Of a DNA stretch of 64,000 bases, positions 50,255-63,218 are shown piece after piece. Origin of the DNA: Mobula hypostoma (lineage: Eukaryota); the NCBI RefSeq assembly GCF_963921235.1, contig NC_086108.1, positions 113,152,001 through 113,216,000 of the forward strand, given 5' to 3'. The stretch's first letter is position 1, and the number at the start of each line of letters is the position of its first letter. The notes under the pieces are model-generated. The model was not told the origin of the DNA, did not search any database, and saw nothing but the letters and a program-made list of their open reading frames with translations. The translations under genes were made by a program, and so were the position numbers.

Positions 50255-50880
50255 AATGGTGGCTGTGATGCGATTAGTGCGGTTAAGTATTGAGTAGAGC
50301 TTGTCGCTCTCACTTTCAGCTTCCACCACTGGCCAGCAGTATTGCAAAACGGAGAGCTGAAAGTCTCTCTTTGCCAGTACGTGGCGTCTCTGACAGCAAG
50401 TCTCATGTCGTGACTCCTCGCTGGCGACACATGGAAACTGAACTCCTTTCGGACTCAGACTGAATTACAGACGACAGGGAGGAGGTCTGGGTCCTGCACA
50501 CACACGTAGCACGCAGGCCCACCAGCGTGTGGACATGCCCTGGTGCTCGTGAACCAGATCCCCAGCTATGGGTAAATTGCCGCACTGCCTTGTAGGCAGC
50601 CTCAGGAGAGACGAAGGCTACGGGAGTAAACCCGGACAGCAAATCCAGAGCGGAGCCCCTCAGGCACCTGATTGTCGTTGAGCATCCTTCCGGCAGCTCC
50701 TGCAGCCAAGCTGGTGCCAAGCGTATTGCTTCATAAGCTTTCTTTTAGTCTATATTGATGAGGCCGAGAGAAAGATCTTGACGACTGGACATCTCAGGAT
50801 CTCCATATCTTCCTCCCAGGCTTGTGATGATGATGATGATCACTCATTGTCCTTCGAGACAGACAGATGTCAACCACCAC
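50255..50880 (+). mobile_element. RTE-type non-autonomous element inserted into a V-SINE fragment
   Basis: Imperfect TSD AATCACAGGACAA / AACCACAGGCCAA (50242-50254, 50881-50893); RTE-UTR-like body; (GAT)n near the 3' end. Confidence 0.65.
50381..50476 (+). ncRNA. HDV-like ribozyme motif, degenerate copy
   Basis: L3 UCCUCGCU flanked by P3, P1 3' strand followed by GG, P4 hairpin, J4/2 C-U-G-A, and P2 pairing. Confidence 0.62.
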
Positions 50881-51829
50881 AACCACAGGCCAATTTACCA
50901 TGACCAACTAACCTACTGAGCGGTCCATCACTGGACTGTGAGGGGAAAGCCACACATACATGGGAAGGATGAACAAGCTTTCTTCCAGACGTCACGAAAT
51001 TGGACATTACACTGAGCTGTAACAGTGTTGCGTTAAGCAGCTGATGCAATCCATTACTGGCCTTGGGTAAAAGTAGACAACATGCTACCTAATATCTCCA
51101 TGTGTCCACCCACGCAGGCAGGCAGGACACAGTCGACCATTCCTAGGAATCAGACTGATTAGAATCGGTGCATTCAGCTGGTACCTATGCCAAGGGAATG
51201 CGGGTGACAGAGGTGGATTTGGGCTATGAGTGATGCCAGATCTGGGTTTCTGGTCTGTACACAACACCTTACCTGGACATGACGCTGCATCCCATGCAAC
51301 CACCCCTCCCTGCTCTTGCTCTCAGATGGGTCGTACAGACCCAAAGCTTAGAAACAGGCCCTTCAGCCCATGGAGCTGGGACTGACCTACTGTCACCCAT
51401 TGACACCAATACTACACTGATCCCATTTCATTCTCACCACATTCCCATCGACTCCCTCCAGATTACAGCCTCACACACACACTGGGGATAATTTACAGTG
51501 GGAAATTAAACCACTGACCTTCTATGCCCTGCCCATCTAAATATTTCTCAGTAATGGTGACCGTATCAGACCTCACCACCCCCTCTTGCAGTGGGCTCCA
51601 AATATTAACAACTCAGTGTAATAATTAAGACCCCTCAGATCCCTTTTAAACTCTGTTGGATTTCCCCCGGGATCAATAAAGTATGACTATGACTATGACC
51701 ATAAACCACAAGACCATTAGGCACAGGAGCAGAATTAGGCCATTTGGCCCATTGAGTCTGCTCCACCATTCAATCATGGCTGATCCTTTCTTTCCCCTCC
51801 TAAGGACTTGTGGCTTGTACTTTGGCCAA

Positions 51830-54790
51830 CTCCTCTCTCACACCACTGTAATTTCCTTTACTCCACTGAAATACTGCTACATCAGACTTTACTTTCTCCA
51901 TATCAAATATCAAGTTGAACACAATCATATTGTGATCACTGCCTTAAGGGTTCTTTTACCTTAAGCTCTCTAATCGCCTCTGGTTCATTACATAAACACC
52001 AAATCCAGTATAGCTGATCCCCTTATAGGCTCAACGACAAACTGCTCTAAAAAGCCATCTCATAGGCATCCGACAAACTCACTCTCTTGGGATCCTTTAC
52101 CAACCTGATTTTACCAATCAACCTCCACATTGAAAGCTTCCATGACTATTATAACATTGCCCTTTTGACACGCCTTTTCTATTTCCTGTTGTAATCTGTG
52201 GTCCACATCACAGCTACTGTTGGGAGGCCTGTATATAACTGTCTTCAGGGTCCTTTTACCCTTGGAGTTTCTTAACTCAGCCCACAAGGATTCAACATTT
52301 TCCGATCATATCTCACATCTTTCTACTGATTTGATGCCATTCTTTACCAGCAGAACCACACCACCCCCTCTGTCTACCTTCCTATCCCTCTGATACAATG
52401 TGTAACCTTGGACGTTCAGCTCCCAACTACAACCATCCTTCAGCTATGATTCAGTGATGGCCAAGACGTCATACCCAACAATCTGTAATAGTGCAATAAG
52501 ATCATCCACCTTATTTCTTATACTCCGTGCTTTGAGGTATAAAACTTTCAGAACCCTAAGGTGCAGTTCATCTGGTCTGGGTGATTTAGTTCTTTCAGGT
52601 TTTTGAGTTCTGAAGGTCCAAATATACAACATCTACTACTTTATCTATCCTAGGTGTATTCTCCTCAAAGAACTCCAATGGGTTTGTCAGGCAAACACCC
52701 AAGGAAACTATGCTGACTTTGTCCTATCTTGTCCTGTGTCACCAACTACTTCATAACCTCATCCTTAAAAATTGACTCCAACACCTTCCCAACCACTGAG
52801 GTCAGGCTAACTGGTCTACAATTTCCTTTCTGCTGCCTTTCTCCTTTCTTAAAGGGTGGAGTGACATTCATAATTTTCCAGTCCTTTGGCACCATGCCAG
52901 AGTCTAATGATTTTTGAAAGATCATTACTAATGCTTCCACAATCTCTACCGCTACCTCTTTCCGAACCCTATGGTGCAGTTCATCTGGCCCGGGTGATTT
53001 ACAGTATGTACCCTTAGGTCTTTCAGCTTTTTGAGCACCTTCTCCCTTGTAATAGTAACATCTGGCATACTGTTAATGTCTTCCACAGTGAAGACTGATG
53101 CAAAACACTAAGTTAGTTCATCTACCATCTCCTTGTGCCCCATTATTATTTCTCAGGCCTCATTTTCTAGTGGTCCTATATCCACCCTCATCTCTTTTTT
53201 ATTTTTTACTTACTTGAAAAAGCTTTCACTATCCACTTTGATATTGTTTGCCAGCTTGCTTTCATATTCCCTCATTATGATTCTTGTAGTTGCTCTCTGC
53301 AGGGTATTTAAAGCTTTTCAATCTTCTGTCTTCCCACTAATTTTTGCTTTGTTGTATGCCCTCTGTTTTGATTTTACACTAGCTTTGACTTCCCTTGTCA
53401 GCTACGGTTGTACTATTTTGGCATTTGAGTACTTCTCCATTGTTTTTGGAATACATCTATCCTGCACCTTCCTCATTTTTCCCAGAAACACAAGCCATTG
53501 CTACTCTGCTGACATCCATGCCAGCATCTCCTTCCAATTTACTTTGACCATCTCCTCTCTCATACCACTGTGATTTCCTTTATTCTACTGAAATACTACT
53601 ACATCAGACTTTACTATATCCCTATCAAATTTCAAGTTGGACTCAATCATTTCGTGATCACTGGCTCCTAAGGGTTTTTTTTTACCTTAAGCTCCCTAAT
53701 CGTCACCAATTCACAACCTAACACCAAAACCGGTATAGCTGATCCCTTAGTAGGCTCAATGACAAACTGCTCTAAAAAGCCATCTCATAGGCATTCCACA
53801 AACTCACTCTCTTCATCCATTACCAACCTGATTTTCCAAGTCGACTTGCATGTTGAAATCTCCCATGACTCATAACTTGCCCTCTTGACTCGTCTTTTCT
53901 ATTTCCTGTTGTAATCTGTAGTCCACATCCCAGCTAGTGTTGGGAGGCCTGTATATAACTGCCATCAGGGTCCTTTTACCCTTGCACATTCTTAACTCAA
54001 CCCACAAGAATTCAACATCTTTTGATTCTATGTCACACCTATCTAATGATTTGGTGCCATTCTTTACCAGCAAAGCCACTCCAGCCTCTCTGCCTACCTT
54101 CCTATCCCTCCGATATAACATGTAAGAAGCATAGAAACTAATGGGCCTTTCGGCCCACAATGTTGTGCTGACCATATAACCTACTCGAGAAACTGCTGAG
54201 AATTTTCCTACCGTATAGCCCTCTATTTTTCTAAGCTCCATGTACCTATCTAAGAACCTCTTAAAAGACCCTGTTGTATCCACCTCTACCACCATCGCTG
54301 GCAGTGCATTCCACGTACCCACCACTCTGTGTGAAAAGTTTACCTCTGACGTCCCCTTGTACCTACTTCCAAGCACCTTAAAACTATGCCCCCTCATGTT
54401 AGCCATTTCAGCCCTAGGAAAAAGCCTCTAGCTATCCACACAATCAATGCCTCTCATCATTTTATACACCTCTATCAGGTCACCTCTCATCCTTCAAGTG
54501 AGGCTAAGTTCACTCAATCTATTCCCATAAGGCACGCTCTCCAATCCAGGCAACATCCTTGTAAATCTCCTCTGCGCTCTCCGTGTAGTATCCACATCCT
54601 TCCTGTAGTGAGGTGACCAGAACTGTAACCTTGGAAATTCAGCTCCAAATTATAGGAATCCTTCAGCCGTGATTCAGTGATGGTCACAACATCACACCTG
54701 ACGATCTGTAATAGTGGATCAAGGTCATTCACCTTATTTCTTATACTCTGCGCATTGAGATATAACACTTTGATTACTCTATATGCTACC
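51830..54790 (-). mobile_element. CR1 APE-endonuclease/linker fragments (two tandem sets) with a nested younger CR1 3' end (54125-54625)
   Basis: YLNAQSIRNK, AITES, YRRDR..GVALLVK, VIYRPP and RPVSLTSVVGK motifs. Confidence 0.88.
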
Positions 54791-54939
54791 CTTTTGGATT
54801 CTGCATCCCAAATGCACTGAGATGATGCATGGATTAGACTGTTTAATAGTTATTTTCTTTGCAGCTTTATCTGCCTGTACTTTTTAAACCACCTATATAT
54901 ATGTAACTGTTTAGTGTGTTTCCTAGTGGTCATAGTATG

Positions 54940-55326
54940 TAGCCTTCAACCTGAAGACATGAATACTCCTTCAGGTAAAAAAAAATCCATCGCCTTCCCC
55001 TCTTCTATTCCCCACTTTGGCCTCTTACCTCTTCTCAGCTGCCTTACACCTCCCCCTGAGTCCCCACCTCCTTCCCTTTCTCCTATGGTCCACTCTCCTC
55101 TCTATCAGATTCCTTCCTCTACAGCCCTTTACCTATCCTACCCTCCTGGCTTCACCAATCACCTTCTAGCTACCCTCCTTCCTCTCAGCCCGCCTTTTAA
55201 TTCTGTCATCTTCCCCCTTCCTTTCCAGTCCCAATGAAGGATTTCGATCTGAAATGTCAACAGTTTATTCACTTCCATAGATGCTCACTGACCTGTTGAG
55301 TTCCTCCAGCATTTTGTGTGTGTTGC
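54940..55326 (+). mobile_element. Penelope-like 3' remnant
   Basis: SLQPEDMN end of EN, pyrimidine-rich UTR, decayed hammerhead at about 55225-55262. Confidence 0.7.
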
Positions 55327-55594
55327 TGTGTATGTGCAGTTATTCTGTGTGTCCTCTAGTAGTGGTTACACTTATATCATTCTGGAAGCTTCTCTTGGTA
55401 TTGCGTTATTTGAATAGGGGGTATCTGATTGGTTGGCTCTTATCTGCAAATTTGAATGGAATGTTCCTCAACAATGGAGTATACAAAGAGCTGACCAAAT
55501 GGCAAGACCACCTTTTACTCTTCTTGCTTCTCCTGTGCTCCTATTGCTGTCAGTTTTTGATTTTCTTTGTTCTATTAACACTCAGTAAAATGAG

Positions 55595-55856
55595 TGTAGC
55601 CCCCCTGGCCACCCTCAGGGTCACTCTCCCACCTTCTGCCCAAAAACCCCACGCATACAGTATCTTCAAATACACCAAAACCATAACAACTACCCCAATT
55701 GGTTCATAACATCCTCTTATCAGTAACGGGATTCAACAAACTGCTAGTGGGAAGGACTTTCTCAACGTTTAACATAACAAAGAAGCATTCCCAAGTATAA
55801 CATAACAAAGAAGCCATTTTAAATTTAACATACAGAAAAAAGACAGACTCCGTACA
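55595..55856. mobile_element. Short solo-LTR-like element
   Basis: TGTA...TACA termini with an exact 4-bp TSD TGAG (55591-55594 and 55857-55860). Confidence 0.65.
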
Positions 55857-56749
55857 TGAGTATGAAGGAACAAGTTTTCTGCCTCTTTCCTGACTTCTGT
55901 AAGAATCTTGGATAAAAAAACATCAGAGTTAAACAACTCCATCCTCTCACCTAAAGCTTACACCCTCTTGATTTTATCTATCTGTACTATGTGTGCCTCT
56001 CACACCCTCACACACCCCTATCAAGTCAACCCCTCAGCCTCTTTTACACCAGGGGAAATCATCCCAACTCTCCAACAGCCCCCCCTCCCCAGAACTAAAG
56101 TCCCCAAAGTCCAGGCGACCCCCCGGTGCGTTGCCTCTGCACTCTCCTGGGGAGCGAGAATCGGAACATGCACCGAAAGGCCCGAGGCGTCATCAGACAG
56201 GATGTGTGCTGTTAATGGGCAGGACGGACTTGATAGGCCGAAGGGCCTGTTTATGTGCTGTTGCTCACTGTCAATATATGATGACAGGAGCGGGAAGAAG
56301 CTGCTCAAACTCTCAACCCTGTCCCACCATTCAATGTGACCCTGACTGATCTGCCTCAGGCCTCGCCTCCCCTTCTGTCCAGTTCCCCATCGCCCTCTGT
56401 CCCCTGATCGGCCAAACATTTCTCCCCACAGTGATCCAGTCTCTACACCCTCTGGGTGGAGGATTCCAGAGATTCCCCTCCCTCTGTGAGAAGAACAGTA
56501 CAGAGCACTGCACACAAAGTGTTGGGGGAACACAACAGGTCAGGCAGCTTCTATGGAGAAGAGTTACCTGTCGATCTCTCAGGCCAAGACCTCTCATAAG
56601 GACAGAGACAGGGCCAGCACAGTGACATGGAGGAGAGAGTGTGAGACAGATGAGACAACGGTCCATGAGAAATGGCCTGTTCAGCAGCTGGCCTTTACAG
56701 TAAGCAGGAAACTGCTTCTTTTCTTTTCACATCATACTGAATGCCAGTG

Positions 56750-59430
56750 TTTTGGATGATGGAATTGATGGTTTTGTGGCTAAGTTTGCAGAGATACGTG
56801 GAAATAGGCAGAGGGGCCGGAAGTGTTGAGGAAGCAGGGAGTCTGCAGAAGGAGTCAGACAGATTGAGGGAATGGGCAAAGCAGTGGCGAATGGAATACA
56901 GTGAAGGGAAGTGAGAGAGTGTGTGATACTTGATCTGCTATCAGAGAACGAGACAGGGCAGCTGACAGAGGTTTGTGTCAGGGAACACTTTGCATCTAGT
57001 GACCACAATGCCACAAGTAAGTTTTCTAAAAGATAGGTCTGGTCTGCAGGTTGAAATTCTAAATTGGAGAAAGGTCACTCAGAAAATATCTGGCAAAAGT
57101 GGATTGGGACAGGCTGTTTTCTGGCAAAGGTATACTTGGTAAGTGGGAGGCCTTCAAACATGAAATTTTGAGAGCACAAAGCTTGTTTGTGCCTGTCAGA
57201 ATAAAAGGTAAAGATAACAGGTGTAGAGAACATTGGCTTTCCAGAGGTATTGAAGACCTGGTTGAGAAGGTGCAAAGCAGGTATAGGCAGGTAGGAACAA
57301 ATGAGGTGCTTATTGAGTATAAAAAATGCCAGAGGACACGTAAGAAAGGAATTGGGGGGGGGGGGCGTCTAAAAGAAGGCATGAAGTTTCCCAGCAGACA
57401 AGGTGAATGGGCATCCTAAGGGATTCTACAGATATGTTAAGAGCAAATGGATTGCTGAGTCGTGGTAGGGAAGGCAAATGCAATGTTAGCATTCATTTTG
57501 AGAGGACTAGAATATAAGAGCAAGGACGTGATCCAGAGAATTTATATGGCATTGGTCAGACGTAGTTGGAGTATTGTCAGCAGTTTTGGGCCCCTTCTCT
57601 TAAGGACGGATGTGCTGGATCTGGAGAGGGTCCAGATTTTGGAAATGAGAGTTTAACGTATGAGGAGTGCATGATGGCCCCTGGCCTGTACTCAATAGAG
57701 TTTAGAATCAGGTGGGATCTATTGAATGTTGAAAGGCCTAGACAGAGTGTTCCTCAGGGGTCAGATAGTGGAATTGATGGCTTTGTGGCAAAGTTTGCGG
57801 ATGATACGAAGATAGGCGGAGGGGTAGGTTGTGCTGAGGAAGCAATGCAATTGTAGCAGGATATAGACAAATTGAAATAATGGGCAAAAAAGTGGCAGAT
57901 GGAATACAGTGTTGGGAAATGTATGATAATGCATTTTGGTAAAAGGAACAAGGATGATTCTGGGAATGAAGGGATTAACATATGAGGAGCGTTTGGCAGC
58001 TTTAGGCCTGCACTCACTGGAATTTAGAAGAATATGGGGGGGTGGGGGAGGGGATCTCAATGAAACCTACCAAATGTTGAAAGGACTAGATAGGGTGGAT
58101 GTGGAGAGGATGTTTCCTATGATGGAAGTATCCAGAACTAGAGGACACAGCCTCAAAATTGAGGGGCAACCTTTTAGAACAGAGGTAAGGAGAAATTTTT
58201 TTAGCCAGAGAGTAGTGAATCTGTGGAATGCTCTGCCACAGACTGCGGTGGAGGCCAAGTCCATGGGTATATTTAAGGAGGAAGTTGATCGTTTTCTGAT
58301 CAGTCAGAGCATCAAAGGATATGGTGAGAAGGCAGGTTCATGGAATTCAGTGGGATCTGGGATCAGCCATGATGGAATGGTAGAGCAGACTCGATGGGCT
58401 GAATGGCCTAATTCTGCTCCTATGTCTTATGGTTTTATGGGGTGCAAGTGGAGAGGATGTTTTCTATAGTGGGGGAGTCTAGGACCAGATGGCACAGCCT
58501 GTGAATCGAACGGCGTCTATTTAGAAGAGAGATGAGCAGGAATTTCTTTCGCCAGTGGTTGGTGAATCTGTGGAATTCATTGATACAGGCAGCTGTGAAG
58601 GCCAAGTCATTGGGTAGATTTAAAGCAGATGTTAGTTTCTTGATTAGTCAGGGTGTCAAAGGTTACAGGGAGCTGGCAGGAGAATGGAGTTGGGGAGGAT
58701 AATAAGCGGCCATGATGGACTGGTGGACCAGCCTCGATGAGCTGAGTGGCCTAATTAACAAGGGCTAGCAGTTTGAAAATTATGACCTTGCACCTTGTCT
58801 GCTAGCTCTTTCCCTGTAACTTTTACACTGTATTCTGCTCTCTGTTATGTTTGCCAATGTGCTACCTCAATGCAAAAGCAATGAAACTGGGAGCATTGTG
58901 TTCAGTTCTAGTCACCTCATTATATGAAGGATGCAGAAGCTATAGAGACAGTGTAGAGGAGACTTACCAGGATGCTGCCTGGATTAGAGTGCACGTTTTA
59001 TGAGGATAGATTGAGTGAGTGAGGGGTTTTCTCTTTGGAGTGAAGGAGGATGAGAAGTGACTTGATAGAGGTGTACATGATGGTAAGAAGCAAAGATTGC
59101 GTGGACAGCCAGAGACTTTTTCCCAACGTGGAACTGGCAAGTACGAGGGTTCATCATTTTAAGCTGATTGGAGAAGCTATCGTGGGGATGTCAGAGGTAC
59201 GTTTCTTACACAGAGTGTGGTGGGCACATGGAAAACTCTGCTAGGGGTGGTAATAGAGGCAGATACGTAGGGACATTTTAAGAGACTCCTAGATAGGCAC
59301 ATTGATTATAAAAAAATGGAGGGTGTTGTGGGAGGGAAGGGTTAGACTGATTTTGCAGTAGGTTAAAAGATCAGCACAACATTGTAGGCTGAAGGGCCTT
59401 CAATGTGCTGTAATGTTCTATGTTCTAAAA
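56750..59430 (+). mobile_element. Cluster of CR1 ORF2 fragments
   Basis: VAKFADDTK, WQMEY, TRGHSL..FFSQRVVNLWN motifs in several pieces. Confidence 0.85.
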
Positions 59431-59876
59431 CTTGTTCTGCATGAACGGTTTGCAAAACAAGGTACTTTACTGTACCTTGGTACATGTGACAACAGTAAAC
59501 CAACTCTAATTCCAGTCCGGCCCCACTATGACGGATCTGCCCCTAGGCCTCACCTCCACTTCTGTGTCAGTTCCCCGTCGCCCTCAGCCACCAGATCCGC
59601 CAGACATCTCTCTTCCTCCTCTTTAAATGCTTCTTCACAACCCAGTCCTGATGCGAGCACTCCACCCAGGAATCTGCCCCCACAGATACTGCTTGACCTG
59701 CTGCGCTTATCCACCTGTTTGTCTTGTAGTTCACAAACCCCCCACTCCCCCGGGCAGACAGTCCCAGAGATTCACCACTCTCTGCAGAAGGGAATTTCTA
59801 CATATCTCTGAGTTCATTCACTGGCCCTCAACTTGGAACAGTGACTCAGAATCAGAATCGGGTTTAATACGGCGGG

Positions 59877-60498
59877 AGGAGAAGATGGCGGCGCACCACG
59901 CGTGCTCAGCCCTACAGTGAAAAATGATATCGTATCCGTTAAATAGGGGCTGTGGACAATTTTGATTTGATGGAGATGGACGTGAAAGCACAGAGGAACA
60001 TCTGGAGAAATTTCTGAAACGCTCGTTCGCTGCTGTCGTTACTGCGTGGTCGGGAATCTTCCGGAGGAAAGGCCTCAAAATCCCCGGCTTTGCCTGCTGT
60101 TGGCGACCGAGATGGAGGTCGAATCGTTCGGATAGAGATGGCGCTCAGTACTCGGTGTCGGAGAGATGATTTGGAGGCTCGAAGTTTTCGGATGACTCAG
60201 AGACGGATTGTGGTCGGGCATGGCAGGGAGAGTTTTTCTTCCTTCTCCCGTCTGCGTGAGATGTGGGACATTTGAGAGACTTTGAACTTTTTACTGTGCT
60301 CAAGGACTTCTTCATCAAGTTATGGTATTGTTGCACTGTTGTAACTATATGTTATTATTATGTGGTTTTGTTAGTTTTTTCAGTCTTGGTCTGTCCTGTG
60401 TTTTGTGATATCACACCGGAGGAAATATTGTATCATTTCTTAATGCATGCATTACTAAACGACAATAAAAGAGGACTACGTGTCTTCATAATCTAATC
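59877..60498 (+). mobile_element. Young CpG-rich non-autonomous retroelement with a 5' AAGATGGCGGC motif and (AATCT)n tail
   Basis: Imperfect TSD TAATAC(G/C)GC(G/T)GG; inserted in a minus-strand Rex1-like 3' UTR; AATAAA before the tail. Confidence 0.7.
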
Positions 60499-60844
60499 TA
60501 ATACCGCTGGCATATTCATGAAATGTGCTGTTTTGCAGCAGCAATACAGTGAAATACATAATTATAAAAAATAAGAAATATATTTGAAAAAATAAACTAA
60601 GTAAGTGGTGTGGTGCAAAAAGAGAGCAAAAATAGAAGTAATAGTGAGGTAGTTTAGAATGGTTCATTGTCCAACTAGAAACCTGATGGCAGAGGGGAGA
60701 AAGGGAAGAAATCTGTCCCTGAAACATTGAGTATGTATCTTCAGGCTTCAGTACCTCCTCCTTGTTAGTTACATGACCTGGGTGATGGGGTCCTTAATGA
60801 TGGATGCTGCCTTTTGAAGCAGCATCTATTGTCTCCTTATTAAA

Positions 60845-61062
60845 GAGTACAGCAAATGTTTCCTTCCTGTCATCCTGGTATTTATCCCTCGGGGCACATT
60901 ACAGAGAACTGAGCCACTGTTGTTTGTGGGAGCCTGCAGTGGACAGATCAGCTGCAATCCCTTCAATCCAACTGTGGCCTTCATTGGTAAGGACTTCAAT
61001 GTGTGCAAAGTACATTGTCCTGATTTAAATCTGGGTAAGGTGTTACAGGAATGTAAATCTTT
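60845..61062 (+). mobile_element. Degenerate DeuSINE (SacSINE1/AmnSINE1-like Deu-domain) remnant
   Basis: TATTTATCCCTC and TGTTTGTGGGAGCCTGC blocks in the order recalled for the Deu-domain. Confidence 0.5.
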
Positions 61063-62029
61063 GTTAACTGAATAACCGCATTAAAAATCTATTTGGCTAG
61101 CATGAAAACTTCCAAACAAAATGGGAGTTACACACACCAGGTTCCTAATTGGTCCATTACCTCTTCGGCCTATTCCACCAACCTTACCCCAACACCATCC
61201 TCCTCGCCAACGTTCCCTCTCATTTGTAATGACCAATGTGCGCTAAATCTTGAGCTGTGCAATGTTTTTCCCTAGTGACAAACAACACTTAGACACTGAA
61301 TTTTTAAGTGGAAGTATACCTGAAGCTTTTCTAAGGATAATAAACTGCCAAGTTTGTTGTTCATTGTTTAAAAGGAATAAAATAACTGTCAATAAGAATG
61401 TTGATTTCCCCTGGGTTTATCATTTTCACTCTTGTTCATCTGCACTCTCACAAAACATATGTAGCAGTCCTGAAGCGAGTAATGAGGGATATTTTCACTG
61501 GAGCTTTCACACACAGTTCAGATGCGATTTCCTGCTAAGTGATACTTTAAAACGTGAAGTTTCCAAACATCACTCTAGTTCTTCCCACTTGCAAATTCTC
61601 CAGCAACCTTTGCATCGTGACAATACACCAGTTTCTGCTTTGTACACAAATGTTTCTTGCACATTCTTGACCTCGTGAGCTTTCAGTGGCAGTCTCTACT
61701 GTTTCATTAGGCCATTCTGTTTTAAATGAACTAGCAGTTCCTTTGTGTTTCATGCTGTTTGCTTCTTTGGAATTCAACATAGGAAATCAATAATTTCTTC
61801 AAATAAAAACAGTATAAATAAGCCAGTTCTAAAATCTGCAGACAAATCATCACAAACTCCACATTGTCAACACCATCCGCATCAGAAACCAGAAAAGGAA
61901 ATGCGATTGTGTGCGATTGTGAAATTTACGTAACGTGCCAACGAGGTAGAGGGTGACAACCCTTTGTGTGCCAGTAGCAAACGATGTGACTGTGCACTTA
62001 TACACAGACCTTCAAAGGAATATTGCAGC

Positions 62030-62235
62030 TCACCTGGTCTCACCTGTCACCTGCCAACTTGTACAGCTTCCCCTCTCCCCACCTCCTTATTCTGACTTCT
62101 TCCCCCTTCCTTTCCAGTCCTGACGAAGGGCCTTTGTCCGAAACATCGACTGTTCATTCCCCTCCATAGCTGCTGCCTGACCTGCTGAGCTGCTCTAGCA
62201 CTTTGTGCATTTCTGACCATTTGCAGAATCTTGCG
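62030..62235 (+). mobile_element. Solo Penelope 3' end with near-intact hammerhead (62115-62152)
   Basis: CAGUC-CUGACGA-A-GGGC-CUUU-GUCC-GAAA-CAUC-GACUG. Confidence 0.75.
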
Positions 62236-62294
62236 CGTTTAAAATGGGAGTTACAAATGATTTAACAATGTCTTTTGTTATCACGAAAGGGAAT

Positions 62295-63035
62295 TCCACT
62301 GAATTTTATAGATGTACCATGAAGAGCATTCTGAATGGTTGTATCACCATCTGGGGAGAAGGCTGCAGGACACAGGATTGGAAACAGCTGCAGAGAGTTG
62401 TAAACTCAGCCAGCTCCATCATGGGCACCAGCCTCCCCAGCATCGAGGACACCTTCAAAAGCCAATGCCTCAAAGCGGCGGCATCCATTATTAAAGACCC
62501 TCACCATTCAGCACGTGCCCTCTTCTCACTGCTACCATCAGGCCGGACGTCCAGGGACCTGAAGACACACAGTCAATCACTCAAGAACAGCTTCTTCCCC
62601 TCTGCCGTCAGATTCCATGAACACTACCTCACTGTCTTGCAACACACACAAAATGCTGGAGGAACTCAGCAGGACAGGCAGCATCTATGGAAAAGAATAA
62701 TCAGCCGATGTTTTGGGCTGAGACCCTTTGACAGGACACTATCTTGTTATCCTTTACACTACCTATTTATTTTTTATTTATTCTTATTGTAATTTATAGT
62801 AATTTTAAGTATTGTATGAGGACATTGGTTTCCTGAACCACATTCTGGGTGCTCAGGTAATCCAGCAGCATCAAAAAGCTTTTGCGCTGTATGTGATACA
62901 CATATATACTGTGTTTTCTGAGGAATGTTGTTTTGTTTAGCGGTAAACGTGTATCCGTGTTTTGTTTAGCGGTATATGTGTCTTGATAAGCGGTATACAT
63001 GCATACGGTTAAATGGCAATAAACCTGAACTTTTA
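62295..63035 (+). mobile_element. Rex1/Babar-like 3' fragment with a nested minus-strand Penelope 3' end (about 62635-62740)
   Basis: FYRCTMKSIL..IIKDPHH..NSFFPSAVR motifs. Confidence 0.8.
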
Positions 63036-63218
63036 TTTATTGAGATACAGCATGGAACAGGCCCCCTTCGGCCTACCAAGCCAGACCACCAGCAATCCCT
63101 GATTTAATCCTAGCCTAATCACAAAACAATTTACAATGACCAATTCATCTACCGACCGAGATGTCTTTGGGCCGGGGAAGGAAACTGGAAACTGGAACAC
63201 GGGGAGGAAACCCACACG

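Noticed and set aside
61161..61216. C-rich stretch resembling a collagen exon
   Set aside because: Minus-strand translation lacks Gly at every third position.
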